Part shown: positions 24,678 through 34,077 of the stretch, piece after piece | Layout of the letters: each line of letters opens with the position of its first letter | Position numbering within the stretch: the first letter of the stretch is position 1 | IMG/VR virus record: IMGVR_UViG_3300044730_000954 | Strand: one strand, 5' to 3' | DNA length: 36,743 nucleotides | Source of the DNA: an uncultured virus (IMG/VR IMGVR_UViG_3300044730_000954) | Taxonomy: Duplodnaviria > Heunggongvirae > Uroviricota > Caudoviricetes | The notes under the pieces: model-generated | Database searches by the model: none | Told to the model about the DNA's origin: nothing | What the model saw: only the letters and a program-made list of their open reading frames with translations | Position numbers and translations under genes: made by a program

Positions 24678-24850
24678 TGAAAAAACAAAAATATTATACA
24701 AAAGATATTGATAACAATTGGGTTGAAATTGATGAAGAAGTTTCAGACAATGTATTGAGACAATATTTTGAAAGACGTTATGTAGGGGCATTAGTTATAG
24801 GAACCTTTATAATTGGTTTTCTACTAGGGGTAATTGCAAATGCTGCTTGA
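24677..24850 (+). CDS. Small membrane protein (57 aa)
   Basis: Translated by hand; C-terminal TM segment YVGALVIGTFIIGFLLGVIA. Confidence 0.6.
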   Translation: MKKQKYYTKDIDNNWVEIDEEVSDNVLRQYFERRYVGALVIGTFIIGFLLGVIANAA

Positions 24851-25079
24851 TGATGATAGTTGGAAAGTTATTCATAAATCCCGCCCACCTTTGCGTTGGA
24901 TCGCAAATTTGTCGGGAGAGATTGCATCTAGTGGTTTACTAGATATGACTTATATGGAAGAAGATGGGTATACAGGTTGGAAGTATAAATTTAGATTGTG
25001 GAAATGGAAGACTTTTTGGCCTTTATATGAAAAGTATGGAACTTATTACAAAATAGTAAGGGAAGATGATTACGAATGA
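24840..25079 (+). CDS. Hypothetical protein
   Basis: ORF track, start moved to ATG; PLRWIAN motif. Confidence 0.65.
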   Translation: MLLDDDSWKVIHKSRPPLRWIANLSGEIASSGLLDMTYMEEDGYTGWKYKFRLWKWKTFWPLYEKYGTYYKIVREDDYE

Positions 25080-25207
25080 CAGAACAAGAAATCAGAGAAG
25101 AGATCATAAGAGAGATTGAAAAGATTGATATCAATACTCCTTCACAATTAAATGCATTAGGAATGAAGATGCTTGTATTAGATATTGTTAGGGGCAAACA
25201 GAAATAG
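25076..25207 (+). CDS. Hypothetical protein (43 aa)
   Basis: MTEQEIREEIIREIEK...; ATGA overlap. Confidence 0.6.
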   Translation: MTEQEIREEIIREIEKIDINTPSQLNALGMKMLVLDIVRGKQK

Positions 25208-25210
25208 ATA

Positions 25211-25240
25211 ACCATATTGCCCCGCAAAGGGGCAAATGGT
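25211..25240. terminator. Hairpin between convergent genes
   Basis: ACCAT-a-TTGCCCC-gcaaa-GGGGCAA-ATGGT. Confidence 0.65.
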
Positions 25241-25252
25241 GGTTGTGTACTT

Positions 25253-25909
25253 CTATTTTGCGCCGAGCTTTAAACGCATTTTTTCCCATTTAAGTAAGTC
25301 TTCAGGGTAGTCAAAATCATCTGTCCAGTCATTGATTTCTATGTACCCTCCATTTTTAAAATAGTCTACATAATAACTAGATTGTTGTTTAAATCCTTGC
25401 ATATGTAGATATAGACGCCAAGCCCCTGCTCCACGTTGTTTTGCTGCCACTAACTCATTTATATGCTGTTTAATTTTTTCATTCATGCTGCCGTCAAAAG
25501 CCAATGCAAATATTTCTTTATGTCCTTTGCCAGTATATTTTGATGGCCCTTTTCTCATAAAAAATTTATATGGATCTTGGTTTGACATAATTTTTTTAAC
25601 TGCTTCATCTGTAAAATATACATCTCCAAAGACTATTATTGTTCTTTCATCAGACCATAAATGACTAGATGAATATATTTTCCCGAAGTCTAACCAGTCA
25701 CCTATCATTGGTGGTTCTAAGGTTGCGCCCTCAATTGCATATCTTTCATCAGAAGAAATTATTACGATATCGTCAGAAAAATGCCTGAACTGTTTATATA
25801 TTCTATGTAGCAATGTTTCATTCTCTATTGTTATTAAATGTTTTGGTATATTACGAAAGTTATTCCAACGTTTACCTTCGCCAGCAGCAGCAATAATAAT
25901 TCTGGTCAT
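25253..25909 (-). CDS. NTP-transferase (sugar/phosphocholine nucleotidyltransferase-like)
   Basis: IIAAAGEGKRW...PKHL, VFGDVYF and DDFDYPEDL. Confidence 0.85.
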   Translation of the reverse strand: MTRIIIAAAGEGKRWNNFRNIPKHLITIENETLLHRIYKQFRHFSDDIVIISSDERYAIEGATLEPPMIGDWLDFGKIYSSSHLWSDERTIIVFGDVYFTDEAVKKIMSNQDPYKFFMRKGPSKYTGKGHKEIFALAFDGSMNEKIKQHINELVAAKQRGAGAWRLYLHMQGFKQQSSYYVDYFKNGGYIEINDWTDDFDYPEDLLKWEKMRLKLGAK

Positions 25910-25994
25910 TTATAAAGTATATCAGTTGACAATGAAAAATCATTATGATACACTTGTAAAGCAGTACAAAACAATTGATTATAGGAGAAATATA

Positions 25995-26378
25995 GTGAAT
26001 CTATACGGTACTTTAGTTGGGCGCTTAGGAACAGATCCTGAAAAAATCGGATCTACTGGTGCCCGTTTTCGTTTGTCATCTAGTGATAGAGCAAAAAACG
26101 AACAGGGTCAATGGGAAGATCGTGACCAAACCTGGACAACGATTAAGGTCTGGGGTAAGAACGCTGACTATGTAATGTCTAACCTTAAAAAGGGTCAAGA
26201 AATTATTGTAGTTGGAACGATGATTGAGGATACTTGGACAGATAAAGAAGGTAATAAGCGTAGCTCATATGAGTTTAAAGCAGAGCATATTGGGGTTACA
26301 TTGTTTACTTTGTCTAAGAATTCTGTTGCCACTACAGAGGTGTCATCAGATAATCCTTGGGTGAAAACTCCATTCTAA
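25995..26378 (+). CDS. ssb: Single-stranded DNA-binding protein
   Basis: GRLGTDPE, KVWGKNA..V...LKKGQEIIVVG, WTDKEGNKRS and C-terminal PF. GTG start behind AGGAG. Confidence 0.9.
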   Translation: MNLYGTLVGRLGTDPEKIGSTGARFRLSSSDRAKNEQGQWEDRDQTWTTIKVWGKNADYVMSNLKKGQEIIVVGTMIEDTWTDKEGNKRSSYEFKAEHIGVTLFTLSKNSVATTEVSSDNPWVKTPF

Positions 26379-26384
26379 GGAGAT

Positions 26385-26413
26385 GCTATAGTGCCCCGAA
26401 AGGGGCACATAGT
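26385..26413 (+). terminator. Hairpin after ssb
   Basis: GTGCCCC-GAAA-GGGGCAC with flanking pairing. Confidence 0.6.
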
Positions 26414-26422
26414 AAATAAATT

Positions 26423-26665
26423 ATGACAAATTGGACAGATGAACTAACGGATAAACAGAAAGAGCAAGTCTGGGACTTTATTGTTTTTACTGTAAAAGAA
26501 ATACGTGAACAAATTGCTCTAGATATTGAATTTACTTATGATGTATGGGCGCAACATGGAAAAGCCAAAAGTCGCAGGACTAAGAAGGCTTTTGAAGTCT
26601 GCGCCGATATCGCAAGAGGTTTAAATGAAATTTCAGACAATAAGAATGATATAATAAAGTCATGA
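26423..26665 (+). CDS. Hypothetical protein
   Basis: VKEIREQIALDIE...CADIARG. Confidence 0.7.
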   Translation: MTNWTDELTDKQKEQVWDFIVFTVKEIREQIALDIEFTYDVWAQHGKAKSRRTKKAFEVCADIARGLNEISDNKNDIIKS

Positions 26666-26943
26666 CAACAAACAAAATAGTTGCTCTTAGCACAACTTCT
26701 GCAATATTGCTAAGTCCTCCAGTAACACACTCTGGAGTTGACATTACTGTTCAAAACATTAATGCTGAAGGATATGTTTATATTGGCGGATCAAACTTAA
26801 CTAATGGAAACTATGGTTTTAGAATTGATCCCAGCCATGCAATTTCAATTGAATTAAATGGAAGAGATGCTTTGTATGCCCTTGGTTCTACCAGCGGATT
26901 ATCTGCTTCTATTCTTATGACTAACCTAGAACAAGGTTCATGA
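26662..26943 (+). CDS. Hypothetical beta-rich protein (possibly virion-associated)
   Basis: TVQN...YVYIGG..LT..NYG...DALYA; leaderless geometry. Confidence 0.7.
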   Translation: MTTNKIVALSTTSAILLSPPVTHSGVDITVQNINAEGYVYIGGSNLTNGNYGFRIDPSHAISIELNGRDALYALGSTSGLSASILMTNLEQGS

Positions 26944-27515
26944 TGGCTCGTTTTTATACACCGCCAGATGGTGGAGCAATTCCTGGTCCACAAGGACCAA
27001 CTGGTGCAACAGGTGCAACTGGACCGCAAGGACCACAGGGAATACCTGGAACAGCAGGTGGATTTGGATCTTATGGATCTTGGTACGATACTGTAGATCA
27101 AATCATAAATACAGTTTCTGTTGGTCAACCAGTTTTAATTAGACAACAAGACATTGTTAGTGGTTTTTCTAGAAGTGGTAATAGCAGAATAGTAGCAGCA
27201 AATGCTGGAATATACAATCTTGCATTTTCACTTCAATTACACAATCGTGGTGGTGGAGGAAACGGAACTACCGCTGAAATTTGGTTTGCAAAAAATGGAA
27301 TAGCAATTCCATATTCAAATACTCGTGTTGCAGTAAACACCAATAGTCCTTATATTGTTGCTGCATGGAATTTATTTCAGCAGTTAAGCGTAGGAGATTA
27401 TTTAGAGATTTATTGGGCAACAGATAATGCTAGTATAACTTTAGAAAATAATACTGGCTCTATGGGTGGACCAGCAATTCCATCTGTTATTGCTACTATA
27501 AATCAAGTAGGGTAA
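26940..27515 (+). CDS. Collagen-like repeat protein with C1q/BclA-like C-terminal domain
   Basis: About 8 Gly-X-Y triplets, then YGSWYD...AGIYNLAFSLQ...GDYLEIYW. Confidence 0.75.
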   Translation: MMARFYTPPDGGAIPGPQGPTGATGATGPQGPQGIPGTAGGFGSYGSWYDTVDQIINTVSVGQPVLIRQQDIVSGFSRSGNSRIVAANAGIYNLAFSLQLHNRGGGGNGTTAEIWFAKNGIAIPYSNTRVAVNTNSPYIVAAWNLFQQLSVGDYLEIYWATDNASITLENNTGSMGGPAIPSVIATINQVG

Positions 27516-27551
27516 TTTGACAAAAACTGGGGTAGGGTATATAATAGAAAT

Positions 27552-27665
27552 GTGGATAAGGGTAGAGTTGTAATTTGTAACACATGCAATAAAGAAATTG
27601 AAGTGCGTTGGGGGATTTTTGCTCACGACACAATTAATCGTCATAAGAAAGTAGAGCATAAATAA
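27552..27665 (+). CDS. C2H2-like zinc-finger peptide (37 aa)
   Basis: (M)DKGRVVICNTCNKEIEVRWGIFAHDTINRHKKVEHK; GTG start 6 nt after TATAAT. Confidence 0.55.
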   Translation: MDKGRVVICNTCNKEIEVRWGIFAHDTINRHKKVEHK

Positions 27666-28417
27666 TGTCACATAGCGTTAAAGAAAGAATAACTATTGGT
27701 TGGTGTGATGGTGGCACTGTAGAAGGAAGATTCATGAGCGGTGTTACAAATGTTATCATTGAATCACCAAAAGAAAACATTAATATTGTAAATACAATAC
27801 GTGTAACAGGAAATCAAATTGCACGTCAAAGACAATCCCTATGGGACTTTTGGGCTGATAGTTCTGATAGTGAGTGGTTGCTTTGGGTAGATAGTGATAT
27901 TGTAGTTACTCCATCAGTTTTAAAAAAGCTTTGGGAAGTTGCAGATAAAAAAACAAAACCAGTAGTAACTGGAGTATATTTTGTATCTAATCAAACAGAA
28001 CAAAGTTTAATGGAGCCAGTGCCAGCAATTTATATGGAGACTGGAGATATGTATAGAACAAAACTTATACACCCACTTCCTGAAGATAAAGTCATCCCAG
28101 TTGATGTTGCAGGTTTTGGATTAATGCTTATGCATAGATCAATTATTGAACCAGTACGTGCAATTGCTGGAGAATTTTCTGTATTTGGAGAAAATCAGCA
28201 AGCCAAAGATAAATTTGTTAGTGAAGATGTTTCTTTTTGCCGTAAATTAAAACAGGCTGGTATTCAATTGTATGCTCATACTGGGGCAACTGTTCAACAT
28301 ATGAAAACATTTTCATTTGATAATAATTATTATAAAGTATATTGGAATGGAATTGAAACAGATTTTATAAGAAAGCCTGGACGTGGCGGATCCGAATCAA
28401 ACACCTCAGAGGGGTGA
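27665..28417 (+). CDS. GT-A fold glycosyltransferase-like protein
   Basis: WLLWVDSD, VAGFGLMLMHR and SEDVSFC...H.K. Confidence 0.8.
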   Translation: MSHSVKERITIGWCDGGTVEGRFMSGVTNVIIESPKENINIVNTIRVTGNQIARQRQSLWDFWADSSDSEWLLWVDSDIVVTPSVLKKLWEVADKKTKPVVTGVYFVSNQTEQSLMEPVPAIYMETGDMYRTKLIHPLPEDKVIPVDVAGFGLMLMHRSIIEPVRAIAGEFSVFGENQQAKDKFVSEDVSFCRKLKQAGIQLYAHTGATVQHMKTFSFDNNYYKVYWNGIETDFIRKPGRGGSESNTSEG

Positions 28418-28550
28418 TTGGGTATGCCCATGCACTGGCTGTCAAAAGGCTAGGAAAAAGGCATTTAAAGAAATAACTGACATACTTGATGGTGGCGGGG
28501 ATGCTTATTCTAGAATAGATGCTGTTAGAAAATTAATCAATAAAAAATGA
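28383..28550 (+). CDS. Hypothetical protein (55 aa)
   Basis: (M)ADPNQTPQRGDWVCPCTGCQKARKK...; translated by hand. Confidence 0.5.
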   Translation: MADPNQTPQRGDWVCPCTGCQKARKKAFKEITDILDGGGDAYSRIDAVRKLINKK

Positions 28551-28606
28551 TAGCAAACGAAATAACTAGACCTATTAAATTAAATATTTAGAAGGTTAAA
28601 TGCTTA

Positions 28607-28680
28607 GGAACATTAGCTCAGTTGGTTAGAGCCCCCGACTCATAATCGGGTCGTCGTAGGTTCAAGTCCTACATGTTCCA
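28607..28680 (+). tRNA. tRNA with CAU anticodon (probably Ile2, otherwise elongator Met)
   Basis: Acceptor GGAACAT/ATGTTCC, anticodon arm CCCGA-CTCATAA-TCGGG, T arm GTAGG-TTCAAGT-CCTAC; no initiator features. Confidence 0.92.
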
Positions 28681-28709
28681 CAGATGCTATAATTGAATAA
28701 AGGGGTAAT

Positions 28710-29663
28710 ATGGCTAAAATTGTTTTCTTAGGAAACTTTGGTGTTGATTATAGTAGTGAAAGTCATCATGCTAAATCTTTAGAGGCTCTAGGGCATACCG
28801 TCGTAAGGATGCAGGAACAAAAGGCTAAGAGCAATGTTATTCTTGCCGAAGCACTACAAAGTGATTTGTTTGTATGGGTTCATACACATGGCTGGAAAAC
28901 TCCAGGATTACCTTCTATGGATGTAGTTTTAACTGAGTTAAAAAAGTTTGGAATACCAACAATGACCTATCATCTTGATCTTTGGTTTGGATTAAAGCGT
29001 CAAAAAGATTTAGATAACGACAACTTTTATAAAACAATTGGTCACTTTTTTACAGTAGATAAATTAATGGCTGATTGGTTTAATGAAAATACCTCAGTTA
29101 AGGGGCACTATCTTCCTGCTGGAGTATACGGAGAAGAATGTTATATTGATAAATCATATGGAAATGGATATGAACACGATATTATATTTGTTGGAAGCAA
29201 AGGATACCACCCAGAATACCCATATCGTCCAATGCTTATTGACTATTTAAAACAAACCTACGGTAAAAGATTCTTGCATGTTGGTGGAGATGGTGATACT
29301 GGAACAGTACGTGGAGATAAATTAAATAGGATTTATGCAAAAAGCAAAATTGCAATTGGAGATAGTTTAAATTTAAACTTTGACTACCCATACTACACAA
29401 GCGATAGGTTATTTGAAAGTACTGGTCGTGGTGGTTTTACAATATATCCTGATATTAAAGGTCTTAGAGATTTGTTCGTAGATAAAGAAGAAATTGTTTT
29501 TTATGAACATGGTAATTTTAAAGACTTAAAAAACAAAATTGACTATTATCTTGAACATAATGAAGAACGTGAAAAAATAAGACTATCTGGGCATGAAAGA
29601 ACTAAGCGTGAACATACATATGTTCATAGATGGCAAACTATTTTAGGAGAACTTAGCATATGA
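28710..29663 (+). CDS. CgeB/YkvP-like glycosyltransferase (GT-B)
   Basis: DIIFVGS, SDRLFE..GRGGF and GHER..REHTY.HRW. Confidence 0.85.
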   Translation: MAKIVFLGNFGVDYSSESHHAKSLEALGHTVVRMQEQKAKSNVILAEALQSDLFVWVHTHGWKTPGLPSMDVVLTELKKFGIPTMTYHLDLWFGLKRQKDLDNDNFYKTIGHFFTVDKLMADWFNENTSVKGHYLPAGVYGEECYIDKSYGNGYEHDIIFVGSKGYHPEYPYRPMLIDYLKQTYGKRFLHVGGDGDTGTVRGDKLNRIYAKSKIAIGDSLNLNFDYPYYTSDRLFESTGRGGFTIYPDIKGLRDLFVDKEEIVFYEHGNFKDLKNKIDYYLEHNEEREKIRLSGHERTKREHTYVHRWQTILGELSI

Positions 29664-30373
29664 CAGAAATGATAAAAGTAATAATTAATGGAGAGTTTGA
29701 AATTATATTGCCAAAACATCGTGCAGATAGGCCAGACTGGTATCAGCCACATGGATGGGAAAAGCCAAGACTAAAGTCAATGCATAGCAATATTAGCAAA
29801 GGTGATGTTGTTTATTATGTAGGTGCAGAAGAAGGAGAGATGCCAGCATTGTGTCAGATGTGGGGTGCAGAAGTTGTTTTATTTGAACCTAATCCCAAAG
29901 TTTGGTCACATTTTCCATTATTATGGAGTGCAAATAATTTAGAAAAACCACTAGCCTGTATACCTGGATTTGCATCAGATAAGGATAATAAACTTGCTAG
30001 AATTTATTACAATGAGTTTCCACCAGAAGCAAATGCTCCAATAGAATCTGCACACGGATTTAAAGAGTTGCAGTACGAAGCTGATAAGTATGGACAAACA
30101 AAAATTGATACATTAGTTTATGAAAAAGGTATGAAGCCACCGACAGCAATATCTCTAGATGTTGAAGGTAGCGAGTGGCGTGTTCTTGGTGGAGCAGAAA
30201 AAGTAATGAAAGAATTTAGACCAAAAATTTGGCTATCTGGTCATCCAGAGTTTATGATGATGTATTGGAAAGAATACCTGTATGATCTAAGACAGTTTAT
30301 TAAAGGTATTGGATACAAAGAAACTTTATTAGACTATCAACACGAAGTTCATTTTTATTATGAGCCAGCCTAA
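29660..30373 (+). CDS. FkbM-family methyltransferase
   Basis: YYVGAEEG, FEPNP and SLDVEGSE.RVL.GA. Confidence 0.85.
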   Translation: MTEMIKVIINGEFEIILPKHRADRPDWYQPHGWEKPRLKSMHSNISKGDVVYYVGAEEGEMPALCQMWGAEVVLFEPNPKVWSHFPLLWSANNLEKPLACIPGFASDKDNKLARIYYNEFPPEANAPIESAHGFKELQYEADKYGQTKIDTLVYEKGMKPPTAISLDVEGSEWRVLGGAEKVMKEFRPKIWLSGHPEFMMMYWKEYLYDLRQFIKGIGYKETLLDYQHEVHFYYEPA

Positions 30374-31220
30374 AGCATATATTTTTTCTGTTAATCCATT
30401 AGATTCTGCTGATGGTAAATGGGATTATGGATTATTAAAAGAAACATTTGAGAGACATCATATTGAGCAGGTAGTTGTAAAAAATATACCACAAGACGAA
30501 AGAGCATTCGTAGTAATACCTGGACAAGGTAATGCTGGTAATGAAGAATTAATTAATAAAGAACTTACTAATATTAAAAGAGTTGTGTTGTTTATAACTG
30601 GAGATGAATCTGCACACTTTGATGTAGATCTTATTAGTCATCCTAATATTAAGATATGGGTTCAATACCCCCACAAAAAACATGAAAAATATCAAAAGTT
30701 TTTTATTGGTGTTCCACAGCATCTAAAGGCTGAAAAGCCAGATTATCCTAGCAAAGATTATGACGTTTATTTTGGTGGACAGGTTACACATCAACGTAGA
30801 AAGCAACTAGGAGAGGTCATGCAAACCCTTCCAAATGCCCTTTATAAGCCCACAAAAGGCTTTGCACAGGGTGATACACCAAAAGAATACTATAAGACGC
30901 TATCAAAGGCAAAGATAGCCCCTGCGCCAGCGGGTGCTGTAGTAGTTGATTCTTTTAGATTTTTTGAGGCTATAGAAATGTTATGTATGCCTGTTGGAGA
31001 TGGAAGAAACTCTCAAGGAGAAGTTGATAGTTATTTCAACTATATTTATCTTAAAGATCTACCTTTTCCGATAGTAGATAATTGGAATGAATTAAATAAA
31101 CTGTTACCAGATCTTATTTATAACTATCCTAATAATATGCATCAAGTAGTTTGTTGGTGGTTAAAATATAAAAGAGATTTTGGTTTTAAGGTTATGAGGC
31201 AACTTTATGAACAAGAATGA
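30360..31220 (+). CDS. Exostosin-like (GT47-related) glycosyltransferase
   Basis: YFGGQ...RR, and APAPAG..VDSFRFFEAIE..C.P. Confidence 0.7.
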   Translation: MSQPKAYIFSVNPLDSADGKWDYGLLKETFERHHIEQVVVKNIPQDERAFVVIPGQGNAGNEELINKELTNIKRVVLFITGDESAHFDVDLISHPNIKIWVQYPHKKHEKYQKFFIGVPQHLKAEKPDYPSKDYDVYFGGQVTHQRRKQLGEVMQTLPNALYKPTKGFAQGDTPKEYYKTLSKAKIAPAPAGAVVVDSFRFFEAIEMLCMPVGDGRNSQGEVDSYFNYIYLKDLPFPIVDNWNELNKLLPDLIYNYPNNMHQVVCWWLKYKRDFGFKVMRQLYEQE

Positions 31221-31938
31221 TATTACGGCTATACTTGTTACTTCCATATTGCCAAGCCATCCAGATACCCGCGTTCTTGATGAAACTCTTTCTTCTATTC
31301 GTGCACATTTACCAGAAAATGAAATTATATTGCAAATTGATGGACTTAGAGATGAAAGGCTTAATCGTAAAAAAGATTACGATGAATTTAAAAATCGTGT
31401 TTTGTGGAAGTGTTTACATGAATGGAAAAATGTTTTACCTATAATATTTGATGAACACTGTCACCAAACTACAATGATGAAAAAAACTATTGATATTGTT
31501 AATACATCAGCTTTATTATATGTAGAGGGAGATGCTCCACTTACTCCAGATCAGCCAATTGACTGGCAGAAATGTCTAGATATGATGGAATATGAAAAAG
31601 CTTATACTATTAGATTCCATTTTGAAGCATCTATTCCTACAGAACATAATCATTTGATGTTTGGAATAGATGATGGGTTTATGAAAACAAATCAATGGAG
31701 CCAAAGACCTCATCTAAGCTTAACTAAATATTACAGAGAAACAGTTCTTCCATTCTCGGATGAAAAAACATTTATTGAAGATAGGTTTCATGGAAAAGTT
31801 CAAGATGATTTATGGAATAAACATAGATTGTGGATATACCATCCAGAAGGAAGTATCAAAAGGTCTTATCATTTAGACGGTCGTGAGGGTACAAGAAAGT
31901 TTACGGTTGATGATGAGGTATGGGGATATAAAGAATGA
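31207..31938 (+). CDS. Putative GT-A glycosyltransferase
   Basis: TS..PSHPDT, LYVEGD, WSQRPH and HLDGR. Confidence 0.6.
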   Translation: MNKNDITAILVTSILPSHPDTRVLDETLSSIRAHLPENEIILQIDGLRDERLNRKKDYDEFKNRVLWKCLHEWKNVLPIIFDEHCHQTTMMKKTIDIVNTSALLYVEGDAPLTPDQPIDWQKCLDMMEYEKAYTIRFHFEASIPTEHNHLMFGIDDGFMKTNQWSQRPHLSLTKYYRETVLPFSDEKTFIEDRFHGKVQDDLWNKHRLWIYHPEGSIKRSYHLDGREGTRKFTVDDEVWGYKE

Positions 31939-32966
31939 ATATAGGTATCATTGCTAGATCAGACAATACTGGCTTAGGAAATCAGACTAGGGAGCTTACC
32001 TACATGCTAAACCCATCTAAAGTTATGTTAATTAACTCTCAACCTTTTAATAAGAATAAACAGCATCCAGAATGGTACCAAGGGTATGAAGTCTATCCAA
32101 TTAGAGGATTTCCAAGAACTGAAGATATAAATTATTTTTTAAAAGGATTAGATGTAGTAATTACATGTGAGACTTTTTATAATAATAATTTTGTAGAAAT
32201 TGCTAGAAAGAAAAATGTAAAAACTGTTTTACAGTATAATTATGAGTTTTTAGATATGGTTGTTAATCCTAAAATCCCTATTCCAGATATTTTAATTGGA
32301 CCTACCCTTTGGTATTTTGATCATATGCAAGAGTTATTTGGAAATAAAGCTAAAGTTATTCATATGCCACCTCCAATTGATCATTTAAAATTTGAAGAAG
32401 TTAGAAAAATAAATATGTCCAAAGATCATTTTAGAATTTTACATGTTGGTGGTAAGGCAGCGTCCGAGGACAGAAATGGAACTCATTCGGTTATTGACAT
32501 GTTAAAACATTCAAAAACAGATTATGAACTTGTTATAAAAACTCAAACTTCATTAAATATTAATTTTAAAGATTCTAGAATAAAAATAGATCATAATGAT
32601 GATCCAGTAAGAGAAAATCTTTATCGCGGCTTTGATTTAATGATCTTACCACGAAGATACGCTGGACTATGCTTACCAATGAATGAGGCATTGATGAGTG
32701 GATTGCCAGTGTTTATGACTAATATATCGCCAAATAATACGATATTACCAAAAGAATGGTTGGCAAATTCTGAAAAAAGTGGTACATTAAAAACACGAAT
32801 GTTATTGGATGTATATTCTGCAGATCCAAAACATCTTGGTAAAATGGTTGATAGTTTTATAAATCAAAGACATAAACTACAGTACAAAAATCATGCTTTT
32901 GAAATAGGAATGAATAATTTTTCTACAAACAATCTTAAAGATAGGTATTTTGATATATTAAAATAG
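31935..32966 (+). CDS. GT4-family (GT-B) glycosyltransferase
   Basis: DLMILPRRYAGLCLPMNEALMSGLPV. Confidence 0.85.
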   Translation: MNIGIIARSDNTGLGNQTRELTYMLNPSKVMLINSQPFNKNKQHPEWYQGYEVYPIRGFPRTEDINYFLKGLDVVITCETFYNNNFVEIARKKNVKTVLQYNYEFLDMVVNPKIPIPDILIGPTLWYFDHMQELFGNKAKVIHMPPPIDHLKFEEVRKINMSKDHFRILHVGGKAASEDRNGTHSVIDMLKHSKTDYELVIKTQTSLNINFKDSRIKIDHNDDPVRENLYRGFDLMILPRRYAGLCLPMNEALMSGLPVFMTNISPNNTILPKEWLANSEKSGTLKTRMLLDVYSADPKHLGKMVDSFINQRHKLQYKNHAFEIGMNNFSTNNLKDRYFDILK

Positions 32967-32994
32967 GGCAAGTCTATTTCTAGACCTGCCCTAT
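32963..32994. terminator. Hairpin terminator between convergent operons
   Basis: ATAGGGCA-a-GTCTA-tttc-TAGAC-c-TGCCCTAT. Confidence 0.75.
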
Positions 32995-33008
32995 CTCTGC
33001 CGATTTAT

Positions 33009-33260
33009 TTACTCAGACTTCTTTTTTCTTGGCTTTGCAGCCTTAAGAGCTGCTTCTACTTCAGATACCTTTGGCATACGACCAAAAGCTGCATCGTTTG
33101 GATTTACATAACGTGCTGCCACTGGGATTAGTGCACCTACAAGTGCTGCCCATAGATCCTTTGGATCTGTTACTCCAGCGATATAAAGTGTTGATGCTGC
33201 ACCTACTACTGAACGAGCATATGATGCAAGCATTGCCTTATTTTTTTTACTTAGTTCCAT
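33009..33260 (-). CDS. Putative holin
   Basis: Two hydrophobic segments, SYARS...RYVNPND.AFG, and a basic C-terminal tail. Confidence 0.6.
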   Translation of the reverse strand: MELSKKNKAMLASYARSVVGAASTLYIAGVTDPKDLWAALVGALIPVAARYVNPNDAAFGRMPKVSEVEAALKAAKPRKKKSE

Positions 33261-33268
33261 TATTCCTC

Positions 33269-33427
33269 CTAGGATAGAACTTTAATTAGTATAGCATAGC
33301 CAGCCCAAAGACCAATTATTCCTGCAACTCCTGCAAAAACTGGTGGTGCTGGAACTGGCAATTTGAATGCTGCGAATACTACGCCACATCCAAAACCTGT
33401 TAACATTGATAATAAAATTTCTTTCAA
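33269..33427 (-). CDS. XapX-domain / DUF1427 membrane protein (52 aa)
   Basis: (M)KEILLSMLTGFGCGVVFAAFKLPVPAPPVFAGVAGIIGLWAGY; translated by hand. Confidence 0.8.
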   Translation of the reverse strand: MKEILLSMLTGFGCGVVFAAFKLPVPAPPVFAGVAGIIGLWAGYAILIKVLS

Positions 33428-33639
33428 AACTTTTCTCCTTTATTCTTATCTTCTGGATTTGCTTCAGGATTATCTAGCGGAGTAGGTGCAGTAGCAAGAG
33501 TTCCACAATTATGACATTGAATATCTAAATGGTACATACCAACAGTATAAGTTTCTGGATCAAATGATACTAATGCTCTAAATAAATTATCCCCACAATT
33601 TGGACATATGCATGTAGGGATACCTCTAGCGTCTATCAT
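33424..33639 (-). CDS. Zinc-ribbon protein
   Basis: CPNCG...CHNCG...APTP.D. Confidence 0.75.
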   Translation of the reverse strand: MIDARGIPTCICPNCGDNLFRALVSFDPETYTVGMYHLDIQCHNCGTLATAPTPLDNPEANPEDKNKGEKF

Positions 33640-34051
33640 CTATATCCTCGGGAAGCAACTTTTTCAAATCTTGAAATTCTTTTGATATTTTTTTTAAAGC
33701 AAAGTCATGCGGTGGTACCATACCTTCAATTACTATTCCATACTTATTATAATATTCAAGCTGTGGCTCTACTTCGGTTATAAATTTTTTTAATCCTGAC
33801 TGTACCTCTTCAATATATCCAAAAGCCCACTCCCTTGAATCTGATAAAAACTTAATAAAATTTTCTTTGTGAACATCATCATCTTCTTTTAATAGGCCAT
33901 TAGATGACTCAGCCATTTGATTTATTGCACTGTACGCTACAAACAAACTTGCAAAACTGTCTGACATATTTTTTAATTTTAAAGTAGCCGAAATTAATCC
34001 AATTAAAAGTGATACAGAAAGTATACTTAATGCAACTAAAGCTATCTCCAT
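33626..34051 (-). CDS. Membrane-anchored hypothetical protein
   Basis: N-terminal TM segment; FIKFLSDSREWAF. Confidence 0.75.
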   Translation of the reverse strand: MEIALVALSILSVSLLIGLISATLKLKNMSDSFASLFVAYSAINQMAESSNGLLKEDDDVHKENFIKFLSDSREWAFGYIEEVQSGLKKFITEVEPQLEYYNKYGIVIEGMVPPHDFALKKISKEFQDLKKLLPEDIDDRR

Positions 34052-34077
34052 ATTCTAATTGTACTCCTTTTATATTA

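Noticed and set aside
28607..28680. Initiator tRNA-fMet
   Set aside because: It has a G1-C72 pair and lacks the three consecutive G-C pairs in the anticodon stem typical of initiators.
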